In this document: in pieces, positions 1 through 16,940 of the stretch
Layout: each line of letters opens with the position of its first letter
How positions within the stretch are numbered: the stretch's first letter is position 1
Source: Bugula neritina
Lineage: Eukaryota; Animalia; Bryozoa
Assembly (NCBI GenBank): GCA_964035545.1
Contig: OZ037765.1
Location: forward strand, 29,883,504 to 29,947,503
Reading direction: 5' to 3'
DNA: 64,000 nt
Made by a program: the position numbers and the translations under genes
The notes under the pieces: generated by a model
What the model was told of the DNA's origin: nothing
Database searches by the model: none
Seen by the model: the letters and a program-made list of their open reading frames with translations, nothing else

Positions 1-475
1 GAAGAATGAGTGCATTTATACCACATTCTAGAAAGTGCATTGGGTGGTGCCAGCGGTGCCCCTCTTACTGTTGGCCACTAGTAGGCTTTGTTAGTAGAAT
101 TGGGTCCCATCTCCCTGCTCATTTTTCTCATTCCTTTGTTGCTCACTCGATCTGTTTTATTCTTGAGCTGTTTTATCTTTTTGAAGGTTAGTTATTCACT
201 GTTTGCTCTCGCAATTGAAAGCAAACTTTGAATCAATTATGTTTAATGCCACATGAACAGCCTGCAGGCCACTAATAAAAACTTGTATGTGTTAACATTT
301 TCCAGTAAATCTTATATCCTAATACAAACACTTGGCAAAGCCCTTCTATTCCCGCTGGACATGGTTTCTAGTCAAACGGTTTTTGATTACAAGCTGGTGT
401 CGTTTGTCTAATCTGCAGGCAGTCGCACACAATTCCCGGCAGCTCTGTGTGAAATGCAGACTTATTCTGTTTTAG

Positions 476-3513
<3,038 letters not shown>

Positions 3514-5808
3514 GTGATGTCACTTTGTAAATTATGCTGCCACCCAATTCATTCAGCTGTTTGTTAACTGAAAACGAAGCCAGTTTAATCAAAGTTACTC
3601 CCAGATTCAGAGTACAAAGTGAAGAAAAATGACTGAGTAGTTCTACTGGGATAGCAAATTACGGACTATCCAAATACAGTAGAAGTATATATTGTACTCG
3701 AGTTGTAACTGCAGCTACTAAAATAACAGGAAGATTTAAGCATGCTACAATTTAGTGCTTTTCCCAATGCCAAGCATAAGATGATTCTATAGATGCCTTT
3801 TAGATGCCATGTCTTGGCATAGTTGCATTACTAAATTGGTACTTGTTAGCCTTTGAAATGTTGAATGTGTCTATAAGCATGTGCTGAACTTAGAACTAAT
3901 GCTATACATGTATGTACAGTCTCATGTATTTTATGTCCATATGTCTGGCAAATAGCTTACTTAAATATAATATTATAGTTTAAATTTATATTATAGTTTA
4001 GTCAAATATTTTAGAATGGAACAATCATAAACATTGCATACACAAAGGGATATATTGCAATGTGTATTTCAATTTTTTGCGGTCTCAAATGTACTTTTTT
4101 TTCTGTAATTGTAGAGTTTTAAATAGTTGCTACCTCTTAGGATAGATTTCCATACGCACTTCCACTGTTGATTCAGGTAGTGCGTTATTGTAGTGTACTT
4201 GCAGTGGCAACTTAGCAATGTTATTTTTGCTCTATTTTATTAAATAAATGGCTCACATTTAAACAATATTTGGTCTTTTAAACTCCACAAATGACAGTGT
4301 GTAATCTATGATCTTCAAATTAGCATTTTTATGAGACAAAATTTATCAAGTGTGTAATGCTCTCAGCTAGGTTTCCTAAGGGACGTCAAAAGGTTGATTC
4401 ACTGCAGCTACTTTGTGCCAGTCGAAAGTTATGGCAAGCTTCATTTATCCTCATCTCGATGTAGAAATATGCTAGTGCTTCGCTATTTCAAGTTGTAATA
4501 TGCAAGTAGCTAGTAGTACATGGAACAAGGCATATAAGATTCAATAGTTTGTCACTCATATTCATGCAACAACCTATCACATGTTAATCTTCAATTCACA
4601 AAAATCTTGAGCTTTTATTTGATGGTTTCTCCTGCTTTGAACAGAGCTACTTCAAACAGTGAAGTAGAGAAATATGAAGAAGTTTTGAAACAATCCTTTC
4701 AATTAGCAATGATAGAACTAAGATGCCAATGGTGTGGTTAAATACCAGGTTTCTAAACTAACCATTCTAAGATTAAATGACTTCATACAAACACCCCACC
4801 AGCTGCATCTAATTGATGGCAAGACTGCCTCAAGTATTATGCCTGCTTTTTAAATCTATAGAACTACAGGCCTCGAAGGGACTTCAATACACCTCTCTTG
4901 TCCCTATAAAAACTCTCAACTTGTCTTACTCTATACTCAGTCTGAAAATAGTAGCCACTTCAATACGTTTAGTTGCTGCTGTTGTAGAATGCAAAGTAGA
5001 TGCTCTCGTATCTACAAAAATATAATTGTCCTCATCAAAATGCTTTGGTCTTTGGACGCACATTTTAAATACGATGCTTTATTGAGCTATATACTCAAAG
5101 GACCATCAATTACATGTCACAAACCTGATAAAATCATAAGAGCTGTTTGTATAAAAAAAAAACCAATGAAGTATTCTGACATTCTCTAATTGTTGCGGGC
5201 AGATGATCTATGCAAGCTAAATCATATTCTTTTACTCTAATTGCCCATCACCAATAATTGTTACCATTGAAAGACTGAAAGAAAATGGACAATCAAGAAT
5301 ATTATGCTGGCATAAAACACAATGCCAGGTTGCTTAACCAATATAGATAAGAGAATCTTGAGTTTACCACTAACAGATATGTCTGCGTTGCTTAGTAGAA
5401 CTCTATACCACCCTCTAAGATGAGTAAACTTATTTTCCACATGTCACGTGTTGGTTACTTAAATGTTGTGAAACTTAATATTTATGATGGGATTGATATA
5501 GCCGTTGGTTGTATTCTTATACTTTGAATTGGCTCCATATTTGCATCAGTCTATTTAGGTGAAGCAACTTATGGTTGTATTAGCAGAACTAATAATGCAG
5601 TACCGGACCAATGAGTCAAGGAAATATCTAATCATGTAAATTCTAGAGCTTAATGTGACTAAGCACCTTCTATATGTTGTAACATCCTTAAATATTTTGT
5701 AGCCAATGTATATAGTTAACAAACGTGTCAGTATAATATATCATACCTCTCAAGTCTTACCAAATAGTATTTACTACTAAAAAGTATTACCAATGAAACT
5801 AAAACTTT

Positions 5809-5873
5809 GGGGAGTTATAGCTCAATGGGTATTACATCAGCTCTTAGTGAATCACAGAGTGTAGGTTGGACTT
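5809..5873 (+). mobile_element. Degenerate tRNA-derived SINE head / tRNA-like remnant
   Basis: GGGGAGTTATAGCTCAATGG (A-box-like) ... GTAGGTTGGACT (degraded B-box). No intact cloverleaf. Confidence 0.4.
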
Positions 5874-5990
5874 ATCTGTCCACATAGGCATGCATTCTTA
5901 TTGAGCAAATCTCTTTGAAACTAATGAAAGTATTAAAAAAACACGAACAACACTTTTCTAAATTTAGTTTCGCACACACACCAACAGCTA

Positions 5991-6186
5991 GTTGAAGATA
6001 GTGGGGAAGAGAAAGAGAGGACGGCCCAAACAAAGATGGATGGACACGATAGATGACATGAAGCGTTGGGGCCTTAAATCAGAGGATGCAGAAGACCGGG
6101 AAAGATGACGGACGCTGATAGAGATTGGAAGCCTGCAGACCGGTCACCCGTACAGGGCTACGACTGTATAAGTGTGAAAGGTGTGA
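5991..6186 (+). mobile_element. 3' terminal fragment of an RTE-clade LINE (5'-truncated)
   Basis: Translates LKIVGKRKRGRPKQRWMDTI..DMKRWGLKSEDAEDRER, the GxRxRGRPxxRWxD C-terminal motif of RTE ORF2. GC/purine-rich against AT-rich flanks. Confidence 0.75.
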
Positions 6187-8003
6187 ATATGTTAACTACA
6201 ATAATTATGTTCAAATCAGTAAGGTTTTGTTGTATTGGGCCAACTAAACTAGTTGATGAACCACCACTTTTTAGAGTTGTTCCCTTTATTTTTATGGCAT
6301 ATAGAGTTATCATCCCTCATCATTTTGAGTTCAAACAGCCAATTATTGCTTTACTGGTAATTTTGTTTATAAATAATAGCTTTGTCAGAAATATATGCTA
6401 ATTTGTGCTGTCTTTTATATCTACAATTATGTTGATACAAATATTACAATTTTTAATTTAAATATTGTAAAAACTGTGAGGCTCATAGTTATAACCATTT
6501 TTATATTTCCAAATTATTTACAAATATTTTCATACAAGCTGCATATTTTAAGCAGCTTTTGTGGAATACTGAGCTCGTTTTTGTAAACAAGTAGCAAACT
6601 TTTTTTTGAAATCTTGAAGCTTATTTATTTTTTAATGTAATATTTAAGGAGTTGTCTGTTCATTTTTACTCTGGACAGATAATAACAAACCAAGTATATA
6701 ATAAGAATATTGTTATGCTTAAATTTATTTGAGATAAATATTATTATGTCACAAAATTAAGATTGTTAATATTGAGGTAAAAACAATTGCCATTATATTC
6801 AAATCTTTCATACTGGCCTGTTACTTATATGAAATCTAAACATAGGTACATATCTTCGTGTAAAGTCAAATAAAGTATAAGAATTTCTAAGCAGGCAAGA
6901 GGTAAACCATAGGCTTTAAATGCATCCTAAATAACTCTGCTGAAAATTGATCTTCAATCCAAGCACATCTGGCATCAAAATTAAAGAGCAGCACCCATAG
7001 TCATTGCTGCTCCTCGACTATTGACTTATAGAAACTTTGTAGAGCTCCCACTTCGGTGATCAGCTTTTTTGTTATATCAAATACCTTACTAAAAATCTTT
7101 TGTTGTTGCTCAAAGTAGTAGATCAAAATAAAAAAAGTACCTTAAATGTCAATGACCTAATAAAAGTTATTAATATGATACAAAAAGTGTAAATTTTATT
7201 GCATGTGGTTAATGGTCATTAAACATCATCTATATAGAAATGCATGCTTATTTACAAAATGTACTAAAAATATAATATAAAACTTCCAAATGAAAGCACA
7301 ATTGAACATGAAAACTAAACAAAAGAAAAGTAATAAAAGACAGCTAAAAAGCTGAAGAAAAGTTATTGTATAAAAAATAATATATCAATAACAACAAATT
7401 AATAATATTGTTAATAGCACATGCAAGTTTAAAACATGAAAAAACAATATCATATATAACAGAGTTTGTACAATATTTTGAAATTTTGCTATAAAATTTC
7501 ACTTAATAGGTATAATACATTTTTTGCAAACTTCTAATGGCTTCTTTATACAATAATAATCTCTTTTTCCCAGAACTAGGGTTATCTTCCACTTTCACAA
7601 AAAATATAATAACTAATATGGGCAGCTTACACCAACAGCAATCGTACACTAAAAAGAAAAATCCAAATACGAACTTATTAAGCTTTTTATTGGTGAATGG
7701 ATGGTTTTACAAATAATGTAACAGCAGGTGAGTAGAGGTTGGAAGACCTGCTGCTACTTGCCACAAAGCAGCATAAGTTACATACCAATAAGTATGTATT
7801 CATCAAGCCCAATACTCAATACAGTTCAATTATAGTCTTTTAGTGTGATATATTATATCCTCTTTAACCCTTGGAGTTTTGTTGGAAAGCTCGTTGGTGG
7901 CTAACACAGAGATGTTACTATATTGATTGTGACTGGATTGTTCCAAATGGCATGGCCAGCATGCAGTAGTGCATGCTTAGTGTAATTTAGAGAACATCTA
8001 AAC

Positions 8004-9716
8004 CAGGGCTGTCCAACAGGCGGCCCGCGGGCCGGATCCGGCCCTCCAGCTATATTTGTGTGGCCCCCCAAGGTATAGCAAGTTACAAATTTTTGTTCAT
8101 CAAATTTGCTAACTAGCCTGAAACAGCAGCACATATAGGATAGCTGAGAGCATCCCACTAAGAATTTCTATTAAAATGTAGTTTAAGTTCTTCTACAATA
8201 TTATTCTGCAGGTGGCATGCGTGTTGCCTACTTGTCATTGTTTAGCCTGAGATCAAACTACAACCAATAACAGCAAGCTAGTCATTATAGTCTGTTAGCT
8301 AGCAAGCCTGTGACTTATAGTAATGTAGACCCCTATATTATATTATGCTCATCTCTACGCGTTCACTGAAGTGTGAAGTGATGCACAGTACTTACCACTT
8401 AAAAAGAAATATACCATTTCCAGTGTATAAATCCACAGTTTATATATAATCTAAAAGTCATTGATTTTTTATTCAGATATCATGTTTTCCTGCTAAGATA
8501 TTTCACTGGTACTAAAAAAAAAAATCAACTTTTGAGGCAAAATTAGCCAAAAATGTGCAGTTTTTTTCTATAACTTTGCAAAAGAATGAAAAACTTCCAA
8601 AAAAGTTGCACTGGGAAAATGAGATTCACAACATAGTTTTTAAATTTTGATTCTAGTAGCCTACAATCAAATGAGATTGTTTTTACTGGTACTGAATTTT
8701 TACACAGTTGCAATGCAAACTTCAGCAAGGCAGTTGCAGCTAAAAAGTTACCTGTAACTATCCTGTGCAGACAGATATTTCAAAGACATTTAATCAGGAC
8801 TGGCCATATAGAGACAAGACTTTTTTGAAAGTATAGCTAAGATCTCATTTTTACTGATTGTAATGTGAAAGATAAGTAGTTGAAGAATCCCTGACACACT
8901 TCACTTATGCAGTACTAAAATATTCTTATGTATATGTTAGTTTTCATTTACATACTGTTTTAAGGTTAGATGCCTAAACAATTTTGTTTTTATAATGAAT
9001 TTTGTGCGAGTATGTACTGAAATGATTTGAGAATTGTGATCTCCTTGACCTTTGACCTTTGACTGCTTGTTAGATGCTGCACTGCATAGCATTATCACTG
9101 AGTGCTTGAAGGTTTGAACTTTGAACTTTCAATTTTCAGTCAAATGAAATACACAAAAAAAACACTACACTTCACCCACTAATTAGCACTTAGTCCAGCA
9201 ACTGATACGAAACCAGATATTAACAGAATTGTTTAAGTCAAACAGTACTCACTGTGTACTCACAAGTGTTTCACTGATGGTTGTAAAATATAACTATACT
9301 GGTATGAGTACAGACTCTTAGCACTGGCACATCTTGTTTAAATTTGCATGTGCAATCATGAATATATACTTTGTATGTATATAATATGTATAATTTTTTA
9401 TGCACAAACATAAATGCATATATAATTATTGATTATTAAAGTAATAAAAATGAAATGTTTCTTGTTTACCTTTTTTAATTAAATGCATATATACACACAT
9501 ACACACACATAAATAATATATATCTATTTAAATATGTTATGATTTTAATAAACATGCAAAGCCTAGCCATTGCTTATAATTACAATACATAATATAGCCT
9601 GCAGATGTTTAATGAATCTTGAAAATTGATTTTAAAAACAGAAAAAATGTTGTGGCCCTCGGCTCAAGCTGAAACTTGCAGACTGGCCCTCGGTCTGAAA
9701 AGGTTGGACACCCCTG
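8004..9716. mobile_element. Non-autonomous hAT DNA transposon (~1.7 kb)
   Basis: TIRs CAGGGCTGTCCAAC ... GTTGGACACCCCTG. Perfect 8-bp TSD ATCTAAAC at 7996-8003 and 9717-9724. Subterminal GGCCC repeats. No recognisable transposase. Confidence 0.92.
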
Positions 9717-10640
9717 ATCTAAACTGTCTAAAAAGCATAATTAAGACAATAAAAAAAGTTGAACAATTTGATAGGTTATAAAGTTAGAAATTTTTTGTTT
9801 CAAATTTGTTAGTCTCCATCATGCATGTGAAAGAGGCGTTTCCTGTTTTTTCTAGAACACGTAGTTTGATATTTTAGTTTGCTGCTTTATTTAGTGAAAA
9901 GAACCCGGATGATATTAAGCCAAAACAACCAGCAAGTTAATAGAAAGCCAGTTATGGTGATAATTATCAATTTTTAGCAGTAGTGGCCACGTTGCAAATT
10001 ATGTTGGTTTCATGTGTTTATGTCACAAAACTATTTTTAATTAATTTACATCAGAAATTTATATCAATGTTATAGCATTGCAAGATCTGGTGGGACAAAT
10101 AGAATATCTCCTTCACCACCACCAATTCCTTGCTTCATTTTGTACTCTTTCTACTATTTTTACTATTCTTTGAATATATAAATCTAAAGAAAACTGCCAT
10201 CCTATCACAATCTTCTGCGACCCATACATTCACTACTAATCAGCCTGAGTTTGATGATGTTGAAAAGAACACTACTACGTTGATCAGGAAATATTAATAA
10301 TATTAGAAAAGCTGCTACTGTGTTTGCGAGCCTGAACGTATAGGAAGTATAGGGCAGACAACTCAGCATTTATACCAAGGTTAGAGTCTGTGTAGCCAGT
10401 ATTTTAAACATCTTTATTGACGAATCAGTGACAAGAATTAAAACTCAGCAGTTTTCATACCAGAAGTCTAAAGTACATTCTGGGAAGATATAATAACAAA
10501 TGAGTTGTTTTCAAAATCACAGGTTGAGGTTCTTTCCATAATTGAAAATCTTCTGCCTTTGCTAGGCTGGTCATGCATCATACTTAATGGAACTTTTGTC
10601 AAACTGGAAACTAGCATTTATTTATATTACTAGGAATATA

Positions 10641-12391
10641 CAGTGCTGTGAAATAGCTTAAGGACGCCTCATTGTTTTCCATAATAGCAATGTTCCAAGC
10701 TAATTTTAAGACATAACAAAAGCATTTCCATAGGCATGATGCCTATCAAAATGATCCTTAAGATCTCCTTATCTCATTTATATAAATCATTAGTGTTTCG
10801 TTTCACTTCCTTCCAAAATATGGGTGAAATAATGAGATACTATGCATATATGGGAATTATTCAATGTTCTCACAATTTGTGTGTACTGTAGGATATCAGA
10901 ATATTTTACTTGAAACATAGAAAAATATTGTATGTGAATTGTTATACACATTATAGCAGCATTGCAACACACAGTGCTTTAAATTTTAGTATCAATGTTT
11001 TGTTGGTCAGCCTTTATTCTCAATCACTAGTCAGCAGCGGCGAGGCATTGACTCGTACAGCTTCTCCAACTCGTTTTCAGTCACAACATGATACTATGCA
11101 TGAATTACAGGCTCTATGAGTGTCACCTTAGTTGTTGGCTTCTGTGAAGAGACTATTTTAGCTATTCTTGACCATGAATTTCTTATTGGGTTCAAGTCCC
11201 GGCTTTGGGCTGGCCAGTTAAGCGTTGAGACCCTCTGCTTTTTCATCCACTCTTTAACAGTTTTTGCCCAATGGCATGGTGCATTGTCATATTCAAATAT
11301 GTTAATTTCATTTAAAAAGAAGTTTTTTTATGATTAGAAGAAGTTTAGCATTGAGATTCTCTATATATTTTTGGGCATCAACATCATTCTAGAGCAATTA
11401 CTGAGTCGACCTACACCTTTTGATGTTATACAACCCCAGAACATAACACCGATGGGGTGCTTAATTGTTGTAAGAATACATTAGGGGTTATATTCCTCAT
11501 ACTGATATCTTCTAACAAAACAGTTTCCAGCATGATTGTTCACATTAAATGTAAATTAATCTGAAATAATTACTTTTTTCTAATCATTCACTGTCTAACT
11601 ACCATGCTCCTTGGCCCACCGTAGCCGGTTTTTTCGCTACTTCTCGGTTAGTAGAGGCTTTCTTCTTGCTTTGCAGACACGTAGACCATGGCTCAGCAGT
11701 CTTAGCCTTATCAGGGATGTCGAAGCTGTTGTTCCTGTTAATTCTGATCATTCTTTGCCAACTCAGGACTTGTTTTATGGCAATCTTTCTTGCTGATCCT
11801 GATGAAAACCTTGTCATCTCCCAGTGTGCTTATTCTTGGTCGTCCACTTCCAGGTCAATTTGCTACACTGCCAGTCTCCATGAACTTCTTGATAATTTGA
11901 TGTACAGTTGTCTTTGCTTTACCAACCTTTTCAGATATTTTCGTAATTGAATAAGCTTCGTTATGCAAACAAATTATTAAAAAACTTGCTTTTGAAGTAA
12001 GATTTACAGCTCTCATTTTATCTATGCGCAGCACCTAAGTGGACCCCATGTAAAAGCTCATAACTAAATGACAGATTTCAAATTATGGAAGAAAGTCATA
12101 CTTTATGGTATCATGATGCCATGCACAAAGTTAAATTTCACTGTTAGGTCTTTGGTGGTTATCAAAAGCGATAAGCTTTGGAAACATAAAAACATAGAAG
12201 TTGCGCTTTCCTAGCTGCTTGTGTAGTTAGCCCGAAAATAGGTAGAAAACATCACAGCAGTAGGAATTTATAAAGTGGGTTATTTTGATATATAGAACTT
12301 GCAGGAAAATACTAAGAACTTCCAAGAAATGCCTATTAAACAAGATACATAGAAATTTCTGCAAGCGTCCTTTAACTTTTTCACAGCACTC
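10641..12391 (-). mobile_element. Full-length, decayed Tc1/mariner element
   Basis: ~27-bp imperfect TIRs CAGTGCTGTGAAATAGCTTAAGGACGC / GCGTCCTTTAACTTTTTCACAGCACTC, flanked by TA. Confidence 0.9.
11000..12035 (-). pseudogene. Tc1-family transposase pseudogene (approximate bounds)
   Basis: Minus strand reads KTTVHQIIKKFMETGSVAN*PGSGRPR, KARRKPLLTEK*RKNRLRWAKEH, KVIISD, YDNAPCH and WPAQSRDLNPI. Multiple stops and frameshifts. Confidence 0.88.
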
Positions 12392-13008
12392 TAATATTCA
12401 TTTTGAACATTTTTAAAGATACTTGCACGTCTTGGATAACATTTTAGCTATAAAGTCACACTCCAATTAATACAATTTTGCCAATAATTTGTATTCAGTT
12501 CTTGCCAGGTACAGTTAGTTGTGAATAATTTTTATACAAAAAACACGTGATTTATAAAATGTAAATTATTTCAATATGAGCTGGAATAATCTAAAAGCTT
12601 TTAGCTCAACGAAAATAAACATAAAAATGTTTAATTTTTGTTATAAAATTTATATTTTGTAAAAAAAAAGAAAAAGATAGGAATGAGTACATAATATTAT
12701 ATAATATAATATTTACAAATATTTAAAATACAAACTGTCTAAGTTTTGGAATGTTGAAATAGTTTGCTTTGTACACATGGATGTCAGCAAAAGACTGATG
12801 GAATGCACATTGTGTATTAGCACAGGAATGTATCATACAAAAAATACTAATATATATCTATATACGTATTGATTCCATTTTAATATTCAAGTATTTATAT
12901 CTAAGATTTAGATTATCATCAATTCTTGGATCGATCATCATTAAAGGAAGAGCATATCAGCATTTCTGATTTGCAAAATGTCAGTAAACTTACAAAATAC
13001 TTGGAACT

Positions 13009-16000
13009 TTATAAATAGCTGCAGAATGAATTCCTCCAAGTTAAAAATAATAATAAGATAGGAATTATGAAAGTAATGGTGCTAACATGAATATTACTCG
13101 TTGCAGTATTACACCCGTCTACTTTACAGTGACAGTATTTCACTTTAACTCTGTAGGTGCCCAGTTTGTCATAACAGCTCCAGTCTTGTCTGGGGTTGTT
13201 GGCATCTAGCTCGCCCTCCTTCGCACACTGACGGATATATCTCATATGCCAGGCTCCTTCGTAGAATGCTACAAACAGCAATGTGAATATCTTCACAACA
13301 TCACAAATATGCCACACAGTAAATAATCAGAGAATATACCAAATCTAAAATTACTTTCTCAAAAGATAAATATGGCCAAGTTTCAACTCAATTGAGCGAA
13401 CAACTTCTTCAGAACATTATATATTCCATGTAAAGCTTTTGAAATTGCAAGAAGTTCATGAATGGCACAATCTCGAAGCTAGTAATCACACAACTACAGA
13501 TTACTTGGCTAAAAACTCTTTTAAGAGTTTCAATAAAACTGATTGAAAGAAATCACCTTCACCACTCCTTAACTTTTTCATGCAAATCGTCCACATATAT
13601 GGACACCATTTATATAACTCAAAGTGACTCATACAAAATTCATGCATGAAAGAGCTAATACCTGACTTGTATAATTTTTACCTAAAGTAGTCAATTGCAT
13701 AACAGTGGTAACGAGTTTGAAAAAAGCTTTTACTTGAATTTCTCAATTTTTTTATTCACTTACCTTTTAATAAATATTTCAATACCGAAAGCATCTGTTG
13801 AATGCAATAGCTAAGAGGGTAAATTATTCTTGTAAATTTCATACCGAAAATTGCTTTTACTATGAAAGAAAACTCCATAAAACTATCAGATTGGTGAAAT
13901 AGCTTTTTGACTGAAAATAATGAAGGTATAAATGAAGCTTTTAGCTTGCAGAGAAGTGGTCTATTTTCCATCAAGTCAATATTCAATACCAAATTCACTA
14001 ACTGCTAGTTTAAATGTGATAAAAACAGTTCAGCTCTCGTTAGCTATTTGAAGTATAAATACTGAAAGTTTCAAACTGTTGATGTAACAGTTGCAGTATA
14101 CTGCAACTGGTACAAATTTAGGAAAACTCTGCCGAGATCAATTAGGATAAACAACTCCAAATGTTACATTAACTAAAAACTACAGCCTACTGAGCAGCTA
14201 ACAAGCAGTGGAGACCAGGTAGACTGTCTCATTGTGTTACAAACAGAAACCGCACTTACTTTGCTGAATGACTTTCCTACAATATTTAGCATCTTCTGGA
14301 CAGGCATGGATGACGTACGTCTGGTTATTGAAGAAGTCAGCGCAGCCAGGGTCATCGTATGAGTTACACTGATAGCATTGTATACTGTATGCTAAAATAT
14401 TCAATTACATTCATAAAAACTAGTGCATGTTTACACCTTAACTTACTCATTGTAACTTACAAACAGTTTATATATTGCTGCCATGCTACAATCAGAAACG
14501 TCTAGATATTTACAAAGCTTTACAACTTTAGGAAGTTGAAAGGGAAGTGATGTAGTTGCTGGAACAGACAATTGCAATTAAATTATTTCCCCCAAACCCA
14601 ATGAGAGTGGCTTCTTTTAAAATAGAGTATATACAGCTACAGACAACACTTACAGCTACAGACTACACCTACAGACTACACTTACAGCTACAGACTACAC
14701 TTACAGCTACAGACTACACCTACAGCTACAGACTACACTTACAGCTACAGACTACACCTACAGACTACACTTACAGCTACAGACTACACTTACAGCTACA
14801 GACTACACTTACAGCTACAGACTACACCTACAGCTACAGACTACACTTACAGCTACAGACTACACTCACAGCTACAAACTACACTTACAGCTACAAATTA
14901 CACTTACAGCTACAGATTACACTTACAGAAGATACCTACATTTGATAGTGCATAATAGTTAAAACCAATAGGTAATATCAGAAATATAGGTTACTTGAAT
15001 TCCTATCATAAATAGATGGATTAGCTTTTTTAAATAAATTTTTCCAACTATTGCACTTAACCAAACTTTTTTAAAAGCTAATTAAGGCTTATCTTACAGG
15101 AAACAGAAAACAACTTCTCAGCATCATTAGAGCTCATGTGATAAGGTACACCCTAGTACTAACTGAAGGTCTGTCCACATGGACACATATAAGGGTAAAA
15201 CACATCCATGACTTAAAAATACAAACGGGACATTTTATTGCTAGAAAAAGCTTAAATAATCCACAGGAAATAGTCTATAGCCTACAGGATATAGGGAAAT
15301 TTTGCCTGGGAATACCATTCCTCAATAATCCTAATCATAGATAGTAACTTGAAGTGACTAAACAGTAGTAATTAGCTGTAATTATAAGCCAGTTCAAGTT
15401 TCAGTAATAGCCATTTAAAAGCAAACTTAGAGGTACTCATACCGATACTCATAGTCATACTGATACTGAGTCTAATAATAATAGTGATACTTATAACAAT
15501 AATAATAATTCTAAACTTAATGGCTCATACTAATAGTGATAGCAATGGTAATAATTCTACAGTAATGAAAATATTAATAATAAGTTTAATAAAAACAATT
15601 TTAATAAAATTACTTCAATTGGAATTTGGATTCCAAATCACCTTGAATTCCTTAATTATTCAATAGTAATTTAACTAATATTAATAACGAATAAGTAATA
15701 AGCAATAACAGTTTGATTTACTATAACTCAGTCAAAAAGTATAACTATAACAGTTATACTATAAGTTGAAAAATTAGAATAACTATCAGACTTAAACCAA
15801 GTCTAAGAGTTAGAGTAAAATAAACTTAAAGTTATTATTAAAGCTTAACTTTAAGTTTAACTTCAACTTGTAGTTGTAAGAGTTTAACTTTAGCTTTTTA
15901 AATGTAACTGGGAAACTAAAACTAAAATAAATCAGATTACAGTTGATGATTTATAACTAAAAAAATCAAAATATTTCTAATACAATAAACAACAAAAAGC

Positions 16001-16292
16001 ATAAGTAATAACAATATCAATATGTAAATGTAATAAAGTAGGTCAGAGTAAGGACTTGAAACTTGTATCGTCCATCACAATGAATTAAAAACTGAAGTCG
16101 AGAATGAGGTTAAATGAACCCCATTGCCCCGAATATGTTGTTATTTTTACATATTATACACTAGCAAAATAAAACATTTCACTAATTTAAGTATGTGTAA
16201 AACATTAGGCAGACAATGAGTTGACAATACTAACCTATTTGTATCGTGAATATTGCAGCAAAAATTAATATACACCAATTCTTTCCATCCAT
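13009..16292 (-). CDS. Ly6/uPAR three-finger protein, Crooked/Quiver-like, with signal peptide and GPI-type tail (~149 aa)
   Basis: Exons 16292-16235 (MDGKNWCILIFAAIFTIQI), 14391-14260 (YSIQCYQCNSYDDPGCADFFNNQTYVIHACPEDAKYCRKVIQQ) and 13268-13009 (..RYIRQCAKEGE..CYDKLGTYRVKVKYCHCKVDGCN + hydrophobic tail). Ten-Cys LU pattern ending in GCN. Confidence 0.9.
14632..14940. repeat. Intronic compound tandem repeat built from TACAGC, TACAGAC and TACACY subunits (~19-bp unit TACAGCTACAGACTACACT)
   Basis: Directly visible. It produces the spurious repetitive ORF 14556-14945. Confidence 0.92.
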
Positions 16293-16940
16293 TTTGCTGG
16301 AGTGATTGACTGCCAGTAAATTATACGAAGATGTTTAGTTGAAGAACGAATTTATAAGAGTCGATATAATAGCCTACTTAAAATATTAGGTAGAGGATAA
16401 CTCTTAGGTTTTTTACTTTTTCAGTATAATTTTTCAATCAACGTAATTATTGGTTGTAAAGACGGTAGGCGTGGTTTATTTCACGTGCTTATCCCGACTA
16501 AACTTATAATACACTGTACACTTTCTACTGCAGTTACTATTGTAATAGTGCTTATAGTTATACAAACTCGCCACATCAATATTATAATATTTTCATTAGG
16601 CTTGCTAAAATTATTTAATAGCTTACAATTTACAGCGGGATCGATTACAGAATACGGAGATTTCTAAATCTGTTTGGTTTTACTTTAGCTAGGTCAAAGC
16701 TTTAACGTTGAAAGCTGCATAAAGGAGTAGCTTGCAGTTACCGTCAGTAATAACTTAACATAAGTTCCTCCTTCTAAATTAGTTTCAAATTTACTAATAA
16801 ATGTAACTCTAATAGAATTAAATGTCGTAACTTGCTGCTGCTACAACGACTAGAAACCATTCTTTAGTAAAATACTTAAATTTATCATCGCAGCTGCATG
16901 AGACTGGGTAGACATAAACAATCGACACAGTACAACAGAA
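16293..16940. promoter_or_regulatory. Putative bidirectional promoter between the Ly6 gene (-) and the Cys-rich surface-protein gene (+)
   Basis: Only 648 bp separate the two divergent signal-peptide ATGs (16292 and 16941). Confidence 0.65.

Noticed and set aside
4840-5130. Minus-strand semi-open frame that might be a decayed gene or TE
   Set aside because: Several stops and no recognisable motif.
5809-5873. Possible tRNA gene (likewise 24049 and 25118)
   Set aside because: No intact T-loop GTTCGA or acceptor stem. Better explained as SINE heads.
14556-14945. 129-aa repetitive ORF (LHLQLQTTLTATDYTYSYR)n
   Set aside because: Artefact of a stop-free tandem repeat on the antisense strand of a Ly6 intron.
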